A DNA stretch of 64,000 bases from Puniceicoccaceae bacterium (lineage in GTDB: Bacteria > Verrucomicrobiota > Verrucomicrobiia > Opitutales > Oceanipulchritudinaceae). The stretch spans positions 160,001-224,000 of the forward strand of contig JBFOMH010000004.1 of NCBI GenBank assembly GCA_040830765.1, written 5' to 3'. A model generated the notes under the pieces. That model was given only the letters and a program-made list of their open reading frames with translations, had not been told where the DNA came from and did no database searches. Of the stretch, positions 47,133-56,199 are shown one piece after another; positions within the stretch are counted from its first letter, which is position 1, and each line of letters opens with the position of its first letter. Made by a program: the position numbers and the translations under genes.

Positions 47133-49871
47133 TCAGAGTGCCTCAACCCTGAGGCGCATGAACTGGCGGGCATCTGATGCGACCGGGTTGGCCATACGAA
47201 TGACCACGTCCTCGGTCCCGTCTCCATTATCGACAACGCTGTGCTCGACGATGTCCGAGGGTCCGGCAGGATCCCAGTTCTCGAGGTCGGTGGAGACTTC
47301 CACGGTGACGTCGAGTCCGGACAAATCCTGAAGGCGAGTAAAGGCGATGGCTGTGTGGGCCTGTTCGCCTATGACAATCCTTTGTGAATGCGGCCGGCAG
47401 GTGTCGGCGACATCCCATGGATCGCTTCCCATGGCGATTTCGGCAATATTATCCACCCCGTCATCATCGTAGTCCCCGCTTTCCGGGAGGACGGCGTAAG
47501 AGGCAGACTCCATCAGGGTGGGGGGGCACTTCCCGTTTTGGTCCCAGAGATCAAACATCTCCTGGCCCTTGGAGTTGGTGGTGTTTTCATCGCGCAGGAA
47601 CTCGATGAATTCCTTGCTCGTGCTCTGGTAGTAAAGCTTCACTTCGGCGCGGACCGCACCGGTCGGGACCACATAAGCGGGCTCGTCCCAGTACTGGTAG
47701 TCATCGTAATGGTGGCCCACCGGGGCACCACCGAAGGCCTCGAAGGCAGCGTTGGTGAATCCCCTTGGAGGGATGCGGTTGTCCTCGAAGACCTCGTTGT
47801 TGAGGACAAAATGAAGGGAGGGTCCTACCGGCAAACCGACCACGCCGGCAATGTTCTCGCCGATACCCGGATGAATCTCATAGACCGTGGCCTCGGCATC
47901 CTTGGTCAGGACACCGGTTGATGCATCGTAGGCGGCGGATTCGCCAATCAACGTATCGAGGGCGTCATAAAACTGCACATTGAGCCAGATGCGGCGGCCT
48001 TCCGGATAGCCGGTGGGCAGTTTGTGGCCAGTCTCGTTGGTGACCCGGACCACCAGTTTGCCGACCGACCCTTCCTGGGAAAGCGTGGCCGCGTTTTCCA
48101 GCATGTAGGTAGCCCGGGCGACCCCGGACATGACAGCCGCAAGGTCCACCTCCTCCGGATGGGCCGCTGCAATCAGCGGCGGTAACCAGGTTGAGCCACC
48201 GGTCATGTCATGGAGCGGCACGTCATCGCGGTATGGGGTTTGCGGTTCAAGGGTGGGATTGGCTCCATAACCGGCAGTATCGCGCATGTGGCAATCCTGA
48301 CAGGAGGAAACCATGCCACCTGCCTTGTTCCCGGCGAACTCGGGCGCGTAAACGCCCAGCGGTGTATTGTACTGGCTGTTCAGCCATTCGCTGTAAGTCC
48401 GTTCCACCGGTGCCATGGAGTGCGGTGAATAATCCGCATTTGGTGAATCAAAGGCATTTGGCTGATAAACCCCGAATTCATCCCGGTTGAAGACGGGATT
48501 ACTGACGTCATGGCAGGTTCCGCAGATGGCTGAACTCTGATGGAAGGGTGAGAATATCCATTCGTGTGCCGGTTGGGCGTCGTCGAACGGACCCCGCTGG
48601 ATCCCGGCGGGATCGATCACGTACATGCCGTTGCCATACTCGGGTGATCCGGGGAAGGGATTGTCCAGATCCGAAAGGACAGTCAGGTCGCGCAAGGGAC
48701 TGACACCCCCTTCATAATCCGGATCGACCATGCGGTGACAGAAGTCACAGGAGACCCCAATCATGTCATCATGCTCCATGGCGCCCCCGTCGGTCGGAAC
48801 CGAGCGTCCCTGCAGCCAGCCGTTGGAAATGTGGCAGCGCAGACAGAGGTCGCCCGAATCGGGCGCGTCCTGGTTGGCAATGGCCAGATTGGCCTCAAAC
48901 AGTGGATCAATGGAAGCCAGCGACATCATGCTGCCCTGCCAGTTGTAGTAGGGCTCCACCCCGGCGTCGTAATCGCCATGGCAGGACGCACAGTCCTCCG
49001 GGCTGGCTGCTTCCAGGCCGCCCTCGAAGGGTTGGGAACCCGGCATGTCAAAATCCCGCAGGGTGGTCGGGACAACGCCTCCGGGGGGTGAGACGATGGT
49101 AAAGACAGCATCACTGACATCCTGGGCCGCGTTGGTGAACTCGTCCACGGCCTCAATCCGGATGAGGGCTGTTGTTGTGGGCCGGTTGGCCGGGTGCCAG
49201 GTGTAGCTGCCATCGTTATCCAGCCCGAGTGCCAGTTGCTTGTAGGAGCTCCCGCCGTCCGTCGATTCCCAGATGCGCACGTCGACGACTTCATTTTCGT
49301 CGGTCGCTGTCCATGTGATGGTGGTGGCCTGGTTGGCGGTTAACACTTCTCCCCCGTTGGGCGACAGGACCGTCACCACAGGCGGGGTGTCATCCGTTTC
49401 CAGTGAAGGGGTCAGGTAAGGGCTGACTTCAGACAAGGGGATGTTGCTGACCAGACCCTTGTTGCTGTCGGAGAGGCCAGGAAAGGTTGGAATATTCGGA
49501 TAGCCCAATCCGGTGCCCGTCACTTCCAGCGCTGAACTGAAGGTATCACCATCCGAATCAAGGGAACCGAGGGTCGTGATGTTGGCCGGAATGTCATCCT
49601 TGTTGCCGACACCAAGGGTCTGCAGTGCCGCTCCATAGGGATTCAAGGTCCCGCCGCCGCCAAAGTCATAGTGACAGACCCCACAGTGGCCTGAGTTGCT
49701 TGGAAGATTGTCCAGTTGAGTCCCGACAACCGATGGATAGACCGAGAAAAAGTCACTCCGGATGGGCGGCTTGGCAAGGAGACTGGAGCCAAGCAGGGAC
49801 ACCAGAAGGAGTACCTGAAGCATGCGGCGGACAGGAATAAGCAAACAAAAAGGGGCTATGGCTGCGGTCAT
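47133..49871 (-). CDS. secreted multiheme c-type cytochrome (6 CxxCH) with Ig-like domain and C-terminal sorting-type tail
   Basis: CGVCH, CASCH, CLRCH, CDFCH, CGTCH, CQDCH; 'SPNGGE' Ig-like module; 'DYDDDG..N..E..MGSDP'; start at 49871 or 49823. Confidence 0.82.
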   Translation of the reverse strand: MTAAIAPFCLLIPVRRMLQVLLLVSLLGSSLLAKPPIRSDFFSVYPSVVGTQLDNLPSNSGHCGVCHYDFGGGGTLNPYGAALQTLGVGNKDDIPANITTLGSLDSDGDTFSSALEVTGTGLGYPNIPTFPGLSDSNKGLVSNIPLSEVSPYLTPSLETDDTPPVVTVLSPNGGEVLTANQATTITWTATDENEVVDVRIWESTDGGSSYKQLALGLDNDGSYTWHPANRPTTTALIRIEAVDEFTNAAQDVSDAVFTIVSPPGGVVPTTLRDFDMPGSQPFEGGLEAASPEDCASCHGDYDAGVEPYYNWQGSMMSLASIDPLFEANLAIANQDAPDSGDLCLRCHISNGWLQGRSVPTDGGAMEHDDMIGVSCDFCHRMVDPDYEGGVSPLRDLTVLSDLDNPFPGSPEYGNGMYVIDPAGIQRGPFDDAQPAHEWIFSPFHQSSAICGTCHDVSNPVFNRDEFGVYQPNAFDSPNADYSPHSMAPVERTYSEWLNSQYNTPLGVYAPEFAGNKAGGMVSSCQDCHMRDTAGYGANPTLEPQTPYRDDVPLHDMTGGSTWLPPLIAAAHPEEVDLAAVMSGVARATYMLENAATLSQEGSVGKLVVRVTNETGHKLPTGYPEGRRIWLNVQFYDALDTLIGESAAYDASTGVLTKDAEATVYEIHPGIGENIAGVVGLPVGPSLHFVLNNEVFEDNRIPPRGFTNAAFEAFGGAPVGHHYDDYQYWDEPAYVVPTGAVRAEVKLYYQSTSKEFIEFLRDENTTNSKGQEMFDLWDQNGKCPPTLMESASYAVLPESGDYDDDGVDNIAEIAMGSDPWDVADTCRPHSQRIVIGEQAHTAIAFTRLQDLSGLDVTVEVSTDLENWDPAGPSDIVEHSVVDNGDGTEDVVIRMANPVASDARQFMRLRVEAL

Positions 49872-50055
49872 TAGGTGGGCTTCTAGGGTATATAAAAAAT
49901 TTTTATAAACCACTGCTTATCAATTCTTTACAGAATTTAATACCCTGCTTCAAGCGAAAACCAAACCTGACTTGAAGGAGTCCGTTCAGGTTTTCTGCGG
50001 ATAGTCCATCCGCCGGGCCGCTTGCGATTTCAGGCAAACTGGCTGTACTTGTGAC

Positions 50056-50931
50056 ATGAAAGTACGGTTCATTTTCCAGGCGGTGACCTTGGTACTGGTC
50101 ACGACATTTGCAATCAGCGCTCAGGGTCGATTTGAAGATATTGAGTACTCGGTCACAGACCTGGGGCACGGTATTTACCGCCTGGAGGCAACTGGTGGGA
50201 ACATCGGGCTCTCCATCGGCGAGGATGGGGCTTTCCTGATTGACGGCCAGTATGCTCCCCTGACCCCAAAACTTCTGAAGGCGGTCGGCGACCTGACCGA
50301 CAAGCCGATAAAGTTCCTCATCAACACGCACTGGCACGGGGACCATGTCGGCGGGAATGCCAACATTGCTGCCACCGGGACTGTTGTTGCGGCACATAAC
50401 AATGTCCGCAGCCGGATGGCCGCACCCGGTCCCAAGCAATATCCAGAGGAAGCCCTGCCGGCGATCACCTTTTCCGATACCACCACCTGGTATATCAACG
50501 GATTAAAGATACATGCCTTCCATGTGGAGCATGCCCACACCGATGGGGACGCCATTATCCATATCCCGGAAGCCAATATCATCCATGCCGGAGATATACT
50601 CTTCAATGGGCTCTATCCCTATATTGATCTCGATTCCGGCGGTTCGGTTGACGGCTACATCGCCGCCATGGAGCAGCTCGCCGAGCTGGCCAATGAGGAT
50701 ACGCAAATCATCGCCGGGCATGGCCCGCTGGGCAACAAGGCCGACGTAAAGCGCAGCATCGAGATGGTCAAGGATGCCAAAACCCGCGTGGCGGCACTGG
50801 CCGAGGCAGGCAAGACCCTTGAAGAGGTCCAGGAGGCCGATCCCCTCGCGGATTACCACGATGACTGGGCCTGGCGGTTCATCACGGCGGAAAAAATGAC
50901 CGCCATCCTCTACCGGGACCTGACTGAATAA
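50056..50931 (+). CDS. MBL-fold metallo-hydrolase (secreted)
   Basis: 'THWHGDHVGGN', 'AHTDGD', 'IAGHG'. Confidence 0.9.
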   Translation: MKVRFIFQAVTLVLVTTFAISAQGRFEDIEYSVTDLGHGIYRLEATGGNIGLSIGEDGAFLIDGQYAPLTPKLLKAVGDLTDKPIKFLINTHWHGDHVGGNANIAATGTVVAAHNNVRSRMAAPGPKQYPEEALPAITFSDTTTWYINGLKIHAFHVEHAHTDGDAIIHIPEANIIHAGDILFNGLYPYIDLDSGGSVDGYIAAMEQLAELANEDTQIIAGHGPLGNKADVKRSIEMVKDAKTRVAALAEAGKTLEEVQEADPLADYHDDWAWRFITAEKMTAILYRDLTE

Positions 50932-51090
50932 GAGCTTTTTACCGCTGCCTTTTATAAGGGCCATTAGGGTTTCTATTATAAGGGAAACCCATCAACATCG
51001 GCTGGTCTTTTACGAATTTAACCGTTATTCCTCTTTTGGGTTTATAGGCCCTCCCTCTGATACTCACCGTTTTCTAAACAGGAGATTATC

Positions 51091-52197
51091 ATGAAACGAA
51101 TCTTGATCATCGGGGGGATGGTTCTGGCAGTTGCTGTCACCTCCTTACACTTGCAGGCTGCCGCGGGATTGAAACTCGCTCAGGGCGAGGTTGAAGTCCT
51201 TTATGAGTTCATTAACCCTGTGCCGGCTGGCATGGTTACTCCTGAGGGTATCGCCCTCGATCGCAAGGGGAACATCTATGTATCGCTTAGGACAACGGAT
51301 GGGATTTCATACATTAAGAATGAAATCGTAAAATTCACTCCCAAGGGTGACATATCCGTTCTTGCGGACTTGGGACCTGCTGCACCTGGAGGCTTTGGGG
51401 TGATTGGTTTGACCACCGACGCGGATGGCAACGTCTATGTGGCGTTTCCCTCATTTAATGCCGCTCACGGGGTCTGGAAGGTCTATCCCGATGGTTCGGC
51501 GGAGCACCTCAACGGATCCTGGCAGTTGTTGATACCGAATTCCCTGAATTTCGACAACGAAGGCAATCTGTTTGTTACGGACTGGGATCCCTTTAAAGTG
51601 ACAGCTGCGGGGATTTGGAAGTATGGTGCGGATACGATGGTATTTGAGCCCTGGTGTGTTGATCCCCTGATCATGGCCCTGGACGACGATCCATTCGGTC
51701 AGCCCATCGGTGGAGCCAACGGAATTGCATTCCATCCTCCCGATAACATATATGTCTCGAACACAGAACAGGGCACCATCGTCCGGGTTCCGGTCTTGGA
51801 GGATGGAACCGCAGGAGTAGCTTCCGTTATCAATCTGGATCCTTTCCCGATCATGAATCCGGATGGGGTAACAGTTGATGCACATGGGAATGTCTACACC
51901 GTCATACCGGTTTCGACATGGAGGGACTTTCCTCCTGCCCCACCGCCTTGGTTGCTATCACCTATTGTTAAGATATATCCGGATACGGGGATGGTGGAAC
52001 CCATACTGGATCCCGTCCTTTTTGATGATCCACTCTATTTTGATTTCCCGACCACGCTGGCCTTCGGGACAGGTCCGCTGGACAAGAAGAGTGTATTTGT
52101 CATCAGCATGGGGGCGGAGTTTTTCTTTGGGCCTCCGGGTACCGGTCCCAAATTGACCCAAGTGGGCGTGGGTGTGCCTGGCAGAACAGGACAATAG
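51091..52197 (+). CDS. SMP-30/gluconolactonase-like beta-propeller (secreted)
   Basis: 'PEGIALD..GNIYVS', 'ANGIAF', 'PDGVTVD.HGNVY'. Confidence 0.8.
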   Translation: MKRILIIGGMVLAVAVTSLHLQAAAGLKLAQGEVEVLYEFINPVPAGMVTPEGIALDRKGNIYVSLRTTDGISYIKNEIVKFTPKGDISVLADLGPAAPGGFGVIGLTTDADGNVYVAFPSFNAAHGVWKVYPDGSAEHLNGSWQLLIPNSLNFDNEGNLFVTDWDPFKVTAAGIWKYGADTMVFEPWCVDPLIMALDDDPFGQPIGGANGIAFHPPDNIYVSNTEQGTIVRVPVLEDGTAGVASVINLDPFPIMNPDGVTVDAHGNVYTVIPVSTWRDFPPAPPPWLLSPIVKIYPDTGMVEPILDPVLFDDPLYFDFPTTLAFGTGPLDKKSVFVISMGAEFFFGPPGTGPKLTQVGVGVPGRTGQ

Positions 52198-52225
52198 AAC
52201 CAGGCTAGGGCGAATTTTAAATTCT

Positions 52226-52258
52226 AAGGCACCCTGGAGTTTCCGGGGTGCCTTTTTT
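52226..52258 (+). terminator. intrinsic terminator
   Basis: AAGGCACCCTGGA-GTT-TCCGGGGTGCCTT followed by a T-tract. Confidence 0.8.
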
Positions 52259-52300
52259 GAGCCAGCAGAGCACCGCGACCCCTGGACAATTACTTGTCGG

Positions 52301-52478
52301 GGGCGCGATGCCTGTGACTCCCTATACACACCCAATCGTCCTCCGGACTTTTTGGCGGACGGGAAATACTGAGGCCAATTCCAATCGCCGGGACCGCCGC
52401 CTAAAGGGTTATTTCCAGCCGCAGGTACAAGAAACGTTTCTCGGTCGGGTGGGTGTAATCGGCCCCGATACCGCTCCA
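52301..52478 (-). ncRNA. ssrS: probable 6S RNA
   Basis: About 178-nt rod: closing stem, TACAC..CACCCGACCG/CGATTGGGTG..TGTA stem, large central bubble, inner GCGG..GGAAATA/TATTTCC..CCGC stem, GGCATC near the 3' end. Confidence 0.68.
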
Positions 52479-52571
52479 TGAGTGGAAAACCGGATTCCCT
52501 TAGTTGGGATTTTTTCCTGGGACGGGTTTCCGCTTGTGATGGATACTTGAAAAGTGCAGGGTTTCGGGGTC

Positions 52572-53102
52572 ATGAACCGAAATCTTCTCACTCTTCTCAC
52601 CCTCATTCTGGGCTGTCTGCCCTTCACCCTCAACGCCGGAGAGGAGCCGGAAGCGCCAGTTCGTATTACGGACGATCCTGCCATGCTTGATTTCTGGATC
52701 GGGGAATGGGACCTGACTTGGGAAGGCAAGGACGGCCCGGCCAAAGGGACCAATACCATCAGCAAGATACTCGGTGGAGCGGTCATCCATGAATCCTTTG
52801 ACGGCCGGCCGGGAATGGACTTCAGGGGGGAAAGCTTTTCTGTCCTCGGACGGGTTGAGGGCAGCTGGAAGCAGGTCTGGGTGGACTCCGCCAAGGGTTA
52901 TCTCGACTTTGACGGATACAAGGAAGGCGACAAGGTGGTCTTTCACCGTCTCGGTAAAAGCCCGACCGGCGAGCCCCTGTATCAGCGGATGGTCTTTTAT
53001 GACATTGAAGCCGATTCCCTGACCTGGGATTGGGAAACGTCCCCGGACGGCAAGGAATGGACCGTACGCTGGCGTATCAACTACCAGCGGAAGAAGGAAT
53101 AG
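52572..53102 (+). CDS. secreted DUF1579-like beta-barrel protein
   Basis: Signal peptide, 'LDFWIGEWD', 'WKQVWVD', 'WETSPDGKEW'. Confidence 0.75.
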   Translation: MNRNLLTLLTLILGCLPFTLNAGEEPEAPVRITDDPAMLDFWIGEWDLTWEGKDGPAKGTNTISKILGGAVIHESFDGRPGMDFRGESFSVLGRVEGSWKQVWVDSAKGYLDFDGYKEGDKVVFHRLGKSPTGEPLYQRMVFYDIEADSLTWDWETSPDGKEWTVRWRINYQRKKE

Positions 53103-53114
53103 ACAGCCGTTCCA

Positions 53115-56100
53115 TCAGGCCTGCAGGACTTCCAGCTGGAAGGATTCCATCTCCTTTTTCACCGTCTGCAGGAACTGGGCCCCGGCGGCCCCGTTAAGCC
53201 AGCGGTGGTCAAAGCTGAGGCAAAGGGCGACCTGCTGAATCCACTCATCCGGGGCAACGGCTTCCATGTGCGCCTCGCCGAGGAAAAGTGTGCCGATCGC
53301 CGGCGGAACCACCAGTGGCTGGGCGTCCCGGACACTGTATTGACCCATGCTCGTGAGGATCAATGGTACCCTTGCCTTGGAGCGGCGCTGTCCGCTGCGG
53401 ACTGCCTCCACGGCATTGGCATAGGCCGCAATGAAGGAGGGCCCATCCAAATCGCTTGCATCCTGGATGATCGCCGTCTCAAGGGCGTCCTGCTGCAGTG
53501 CGACTGCCACCCCGAAGTCAAACACCTCGTTGTGCGTCAGGGTGTCGTTCTGGTTGATGGTGCAGCGGAAAATGGGATGGCGTTTGATGGATTGAACCAG
53601 TGACCAGGCAACCATGACAGTGGGGGAGGGTGCTTCCTTGCCCATGGCCTTTTTGGCTTCCGCACGGGCTGTCTTGATTGGTTCCCAGCCAGCTTTCACG
53701 GTCATATGGGCGGGAACCACATTTTTCAACTGGGCCACGATCCTCGGCGGGAGGCCCCCCTCGGTGGGCTTTCCATTGGCTCCCTGCAGGGAAATTTCCT
53801 CCACGGACTCACTGGCATTGGATTCCTCTTGCAGGGTGGAGCCGACGGGTGGGGCCGGGACCGAGGAATCGGTCACCTCCAGCTCTGCGATGATCTGGTC
53901 GACGCCTACCTCGTCATCCTCTGCAATTTTCCACCCGACGAACTTACCGGAGTAGGGTGACTCAATCGGAAAAAGTGCCTTGTCCGTCTCCACTTCGCAG
54001 AGGGGATCATCCGGCTCGATATCATCCCCCGGCTTGGCAATGAGGGAGATGACCTTGGCGCTGGTTATGCCCTCACCGAGAATCGGGACCTTGATCGGGG
54101 TCAAGGTCGTCTCCTCGTGCCCGCCGTCGTCCGAAAGGCTTTCCTTCATTTTCTCGAAGGCCGGATTGGCGGCCGGGATGGCAGCGATAGCCGGCGCCTC
54201 GCGGGCCCATTCCAGCGTCAGGAGCTCCTGGATTTTACGGGCGACGTCCTTCTTGTCCGGCAACGCCGAATACTCAAGGACAGGATTGTAGCCGATGTTG
54301 ACATCCGGCTTGGCCAGCAAAGTCGGTGGGGCCTGAAGCCGGGTGAAAAGCTCACCATTTGCGGTGATGCGGGAAATGACATTTTGCCCGATGGAGCAGG
54401 ACTCGGCATCCTCCTGGACGACAAGGAGGCGGCCGGTCTTGGCCACGGAGGTCTCGATTGTCGCCATGTCGATGGGGGAGACGGTCCGCAGATCGATGAA
54501 CTCCACCGTGTCCGGCTCGCCCAGGAGCTCAAGGGCGTGTTGGACCACCTCGGTCCCGTTGCCCCATGAGACTAACGTCAGCTCGGATCCAGTTTTGCGG
54601 ATGGCTGCCTTGCCGAATGGGACCGGCTGGATATCCCCCTCCAGCTTGTGGGGGTGCCACATGAGGTGTTTTGGGATGAGGATGATCGTCGGGGTGTGGC
54701 CATGAATGGCCGTCCAGAAAAGGCCGGCGGCATCCGCGGGAGTGGAGGGGATGCCAATCTGGATCCCGGGAAAATGGGCAATTGCACTCTCATTGGCCTG
54801 GCTGTGCCAGAGGGCACCCCCGGGCAGATAGGCCCCATAGGGGGCATAAATGACAGCCGGGGCCGACCACTCCCCGTTGGTTCGCCAATGCAGGGTGGAT
54901 AACTGCGTCACCAGCTGGTTGAAACCGGGCCAAATGTAGTCCGCAAACTGGATTTCGAAAACGGGCCGCTTTCCGTAGGCAGCCACGCCGGCGGAGACAC
55001 CGAAAATCGTCGATTCCGCCAGTGGTGAATTGTACACCTGCTCGGGTGCCCGGGTGGAAAGGCCCTTCGTCAGGCTGAAGACACCCCCCTTGGGATCCTC
55101 GATGTCCTGTCCGAAGAAGACAACATCCCGGCTGGCCTTCAACGCGGCCTGGAAGGTGGCGTTGATGGTGTCGACCATCCGCGGCTCGGTCGTCTCCAGG
55201 GGAAGGGAAAGGGAGGGAATCTTGGCCGAGGGACCGTAAATGTGCTTCATGAGGTCTTCCGGGCGGGGATCCAGCTCCTCAAAGGCCCGGGTATAGTCGG
55301 ACCGGACCTCATTCTCGATCGATTCCTTCAATTCGGCAAATGCCTCCTCGGTGAGATCCCCCGAGGCAATCATGTCCTTTTTGAGCCGATTGATCGGATC
55401 CTTGTCATCCAGCTCGGCCAATTCCTCCTCGGAACGATATTTGCGGTGATCATCAGCGCTGGAGTGGCTCGAGATGCGCTCTGTCCGGCACCAGACGAAG
55501 GCCGGACCCTTGCCGTCCCGGGCGGATTGCAGGGCTGGTTGGATACCTTCGAAAACGGAATCCGCGTCACAGCCGTCAATGATGCTCCAATGGCTCGCAT
55601 TAAGCATGTCCAGGCCGAGGGGATGCATCTTTTCGGTGACGGTGGATATCCCGATGCCGTTGTCCTCCACGAGAAATACAACCGGAAGCTGATGCTCGAG
55701 GCAAAAGGCCACTGCCTCAAAGAAGTCACCTTGCCGCGTTCCGGCGTCGCCGATGGTCGTCAGGACAATATTGGCTTTCCCGTCCAGTTTCATGCCCCAG
55801 GCCAGGCCCGCAGCCGGCAGGAGGGAGGAACCGACAACCGAGGCGATCGAAAAAATGCCCAGCTGCTTGTTGCTGTAATGGGCGGGCATCTGGCGGCCCC
55901 CGCTGGCGGCCGCGCGCTTGGCGAAGAAGGAGAGGGCGAGGTCGTAATTACCGATGCCGCGGGCCAGGGCAATTGGCCGGTCCCGGTAATATCCGGAAAA
56001 CATGTCACCGTCCTTCAAGAGATAGCCGGCGACAGAGAGGGCCTCATGGCCCATTCCGGAAACATGGAACCAGCCCTTTCCCTGGCGGATCAGGCTCTGC

Positions 56101-56177
56101 TCGCGAAGGTCCCCGGCCCGGGATAGGAGCATGGTCCGGAGGAGCTTACTTTTGTCGTCTACATTCAGTTTCGCCAT
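53115..56177 (-). CDS. 2-oxoacid dehydrogenase E1alpha-E1beta-lipoyl-E2 fusion (branched-chain type likely)
   Basis: 'GHEA', TPP motif 'GDAG..GDFFEA...EDN', 'NSPLAES', 'EIQFADY', lipoyl 'EVETDKA', E2 'FDHRWLNG'. Confidence 0.88.
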   Translation of the reverse strand: MAKLNVDDKSKLLRTMLLSRAGDLREQSLIRQGKGWFHVSGMGHEALSVAGYLLKDGDMFSGYYRDRPIALARGIGNYDLALSFFAKRAAASGGRQMPAHYSNKQLGIFSIASVVGSSLLPAAGLAWGMKLDGKANIVLTTIGDAGTRQGDFFEAVAFCLEHQLPVVFLVEDNGIGISTVTEKMHPLGLDMLNASHWSIIDGCDADSVFEGIQPALQSARDGKGPAFVWCRTERISSHSSADDHRKYRSEEELAELDDKDPINRLKKDMIASGDLTEEAFAELKESIENEVRSDYTRAFEELDPRPEDLMKHIYGPSAKIPSLSLPLETTEPRMVDTINATFQAALKASRDVVFFGQDIEDPKGGVFSLTKGLSTRAPEQVYNSPLAESTIFGVSAGVAAYGKRPVFEIQFADYIWPGFNQLVTQLSTLHWRTNGEWSAPAVIYAPYGAYLPGGALWHSQANESAIAHFPGIQIGIPSTPADAAGLFWTAIHGHTPTIILIPKHLMWHPHKLEGDIQPVPFGKAAIRKTGSELTLVSWGNGTEVVQHALELLGEPDTVEFIDLRTVSPIDMATIETSVAKTGRLLVVQEDAESCSIGQNVISRITANGELFTRLQAPPTLLAKPDVNIGYNPVLEYSALPDKKDVARKIQELLTLEWAREAPAIAAIPAANPAFEKMKESLSDDGGHEETTLTPIKVPILGEGITSAKVISLIAKPGDDIEPDDPLCEVETDKALFPIESPYSGKFVGWKIAEDDEVGVDQIIAELEVTDSSVPAPPVGSTLQEESNASESVEEISLQGANGKPTEGGLPPRIVAQLKNVVPAHMTVKAGWEPIKTARAEAKKAMGKEAPSPTVMVAWSLVQSIKRHPIFRCTINQNDTLTHNEVFDFGVAVALQQDALETAIIQDASDLDGPSFIAAYANAVEAVRSGQRRSKARVPLILTSMGQYSVRDAQPLVVPPAIGTLFLGEAHMEAVAPDEWIQQVALCLSFDHRWLNGAAGAQFLQTVKKEMESFQLEVLQA

Positions 56178-56199
56178 TGGTTGTCTGAAATAGTGAAGT

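Noticed and set aside
49872..50055. Riboswitch or FNR box upstream of the cytochrome
   Set aside because: Only an ATCAA half-site, an AT palindrome and a short hairpin; no complete aptamer consensus is recognisable.
50056..50931. Metallo-beta-lactamase resistance gene
   Set aside because: HxHxDH fold only; it resembles the widespread cyclase/glyoxalase-like MBL hydrolases, so resistance is unsupported.
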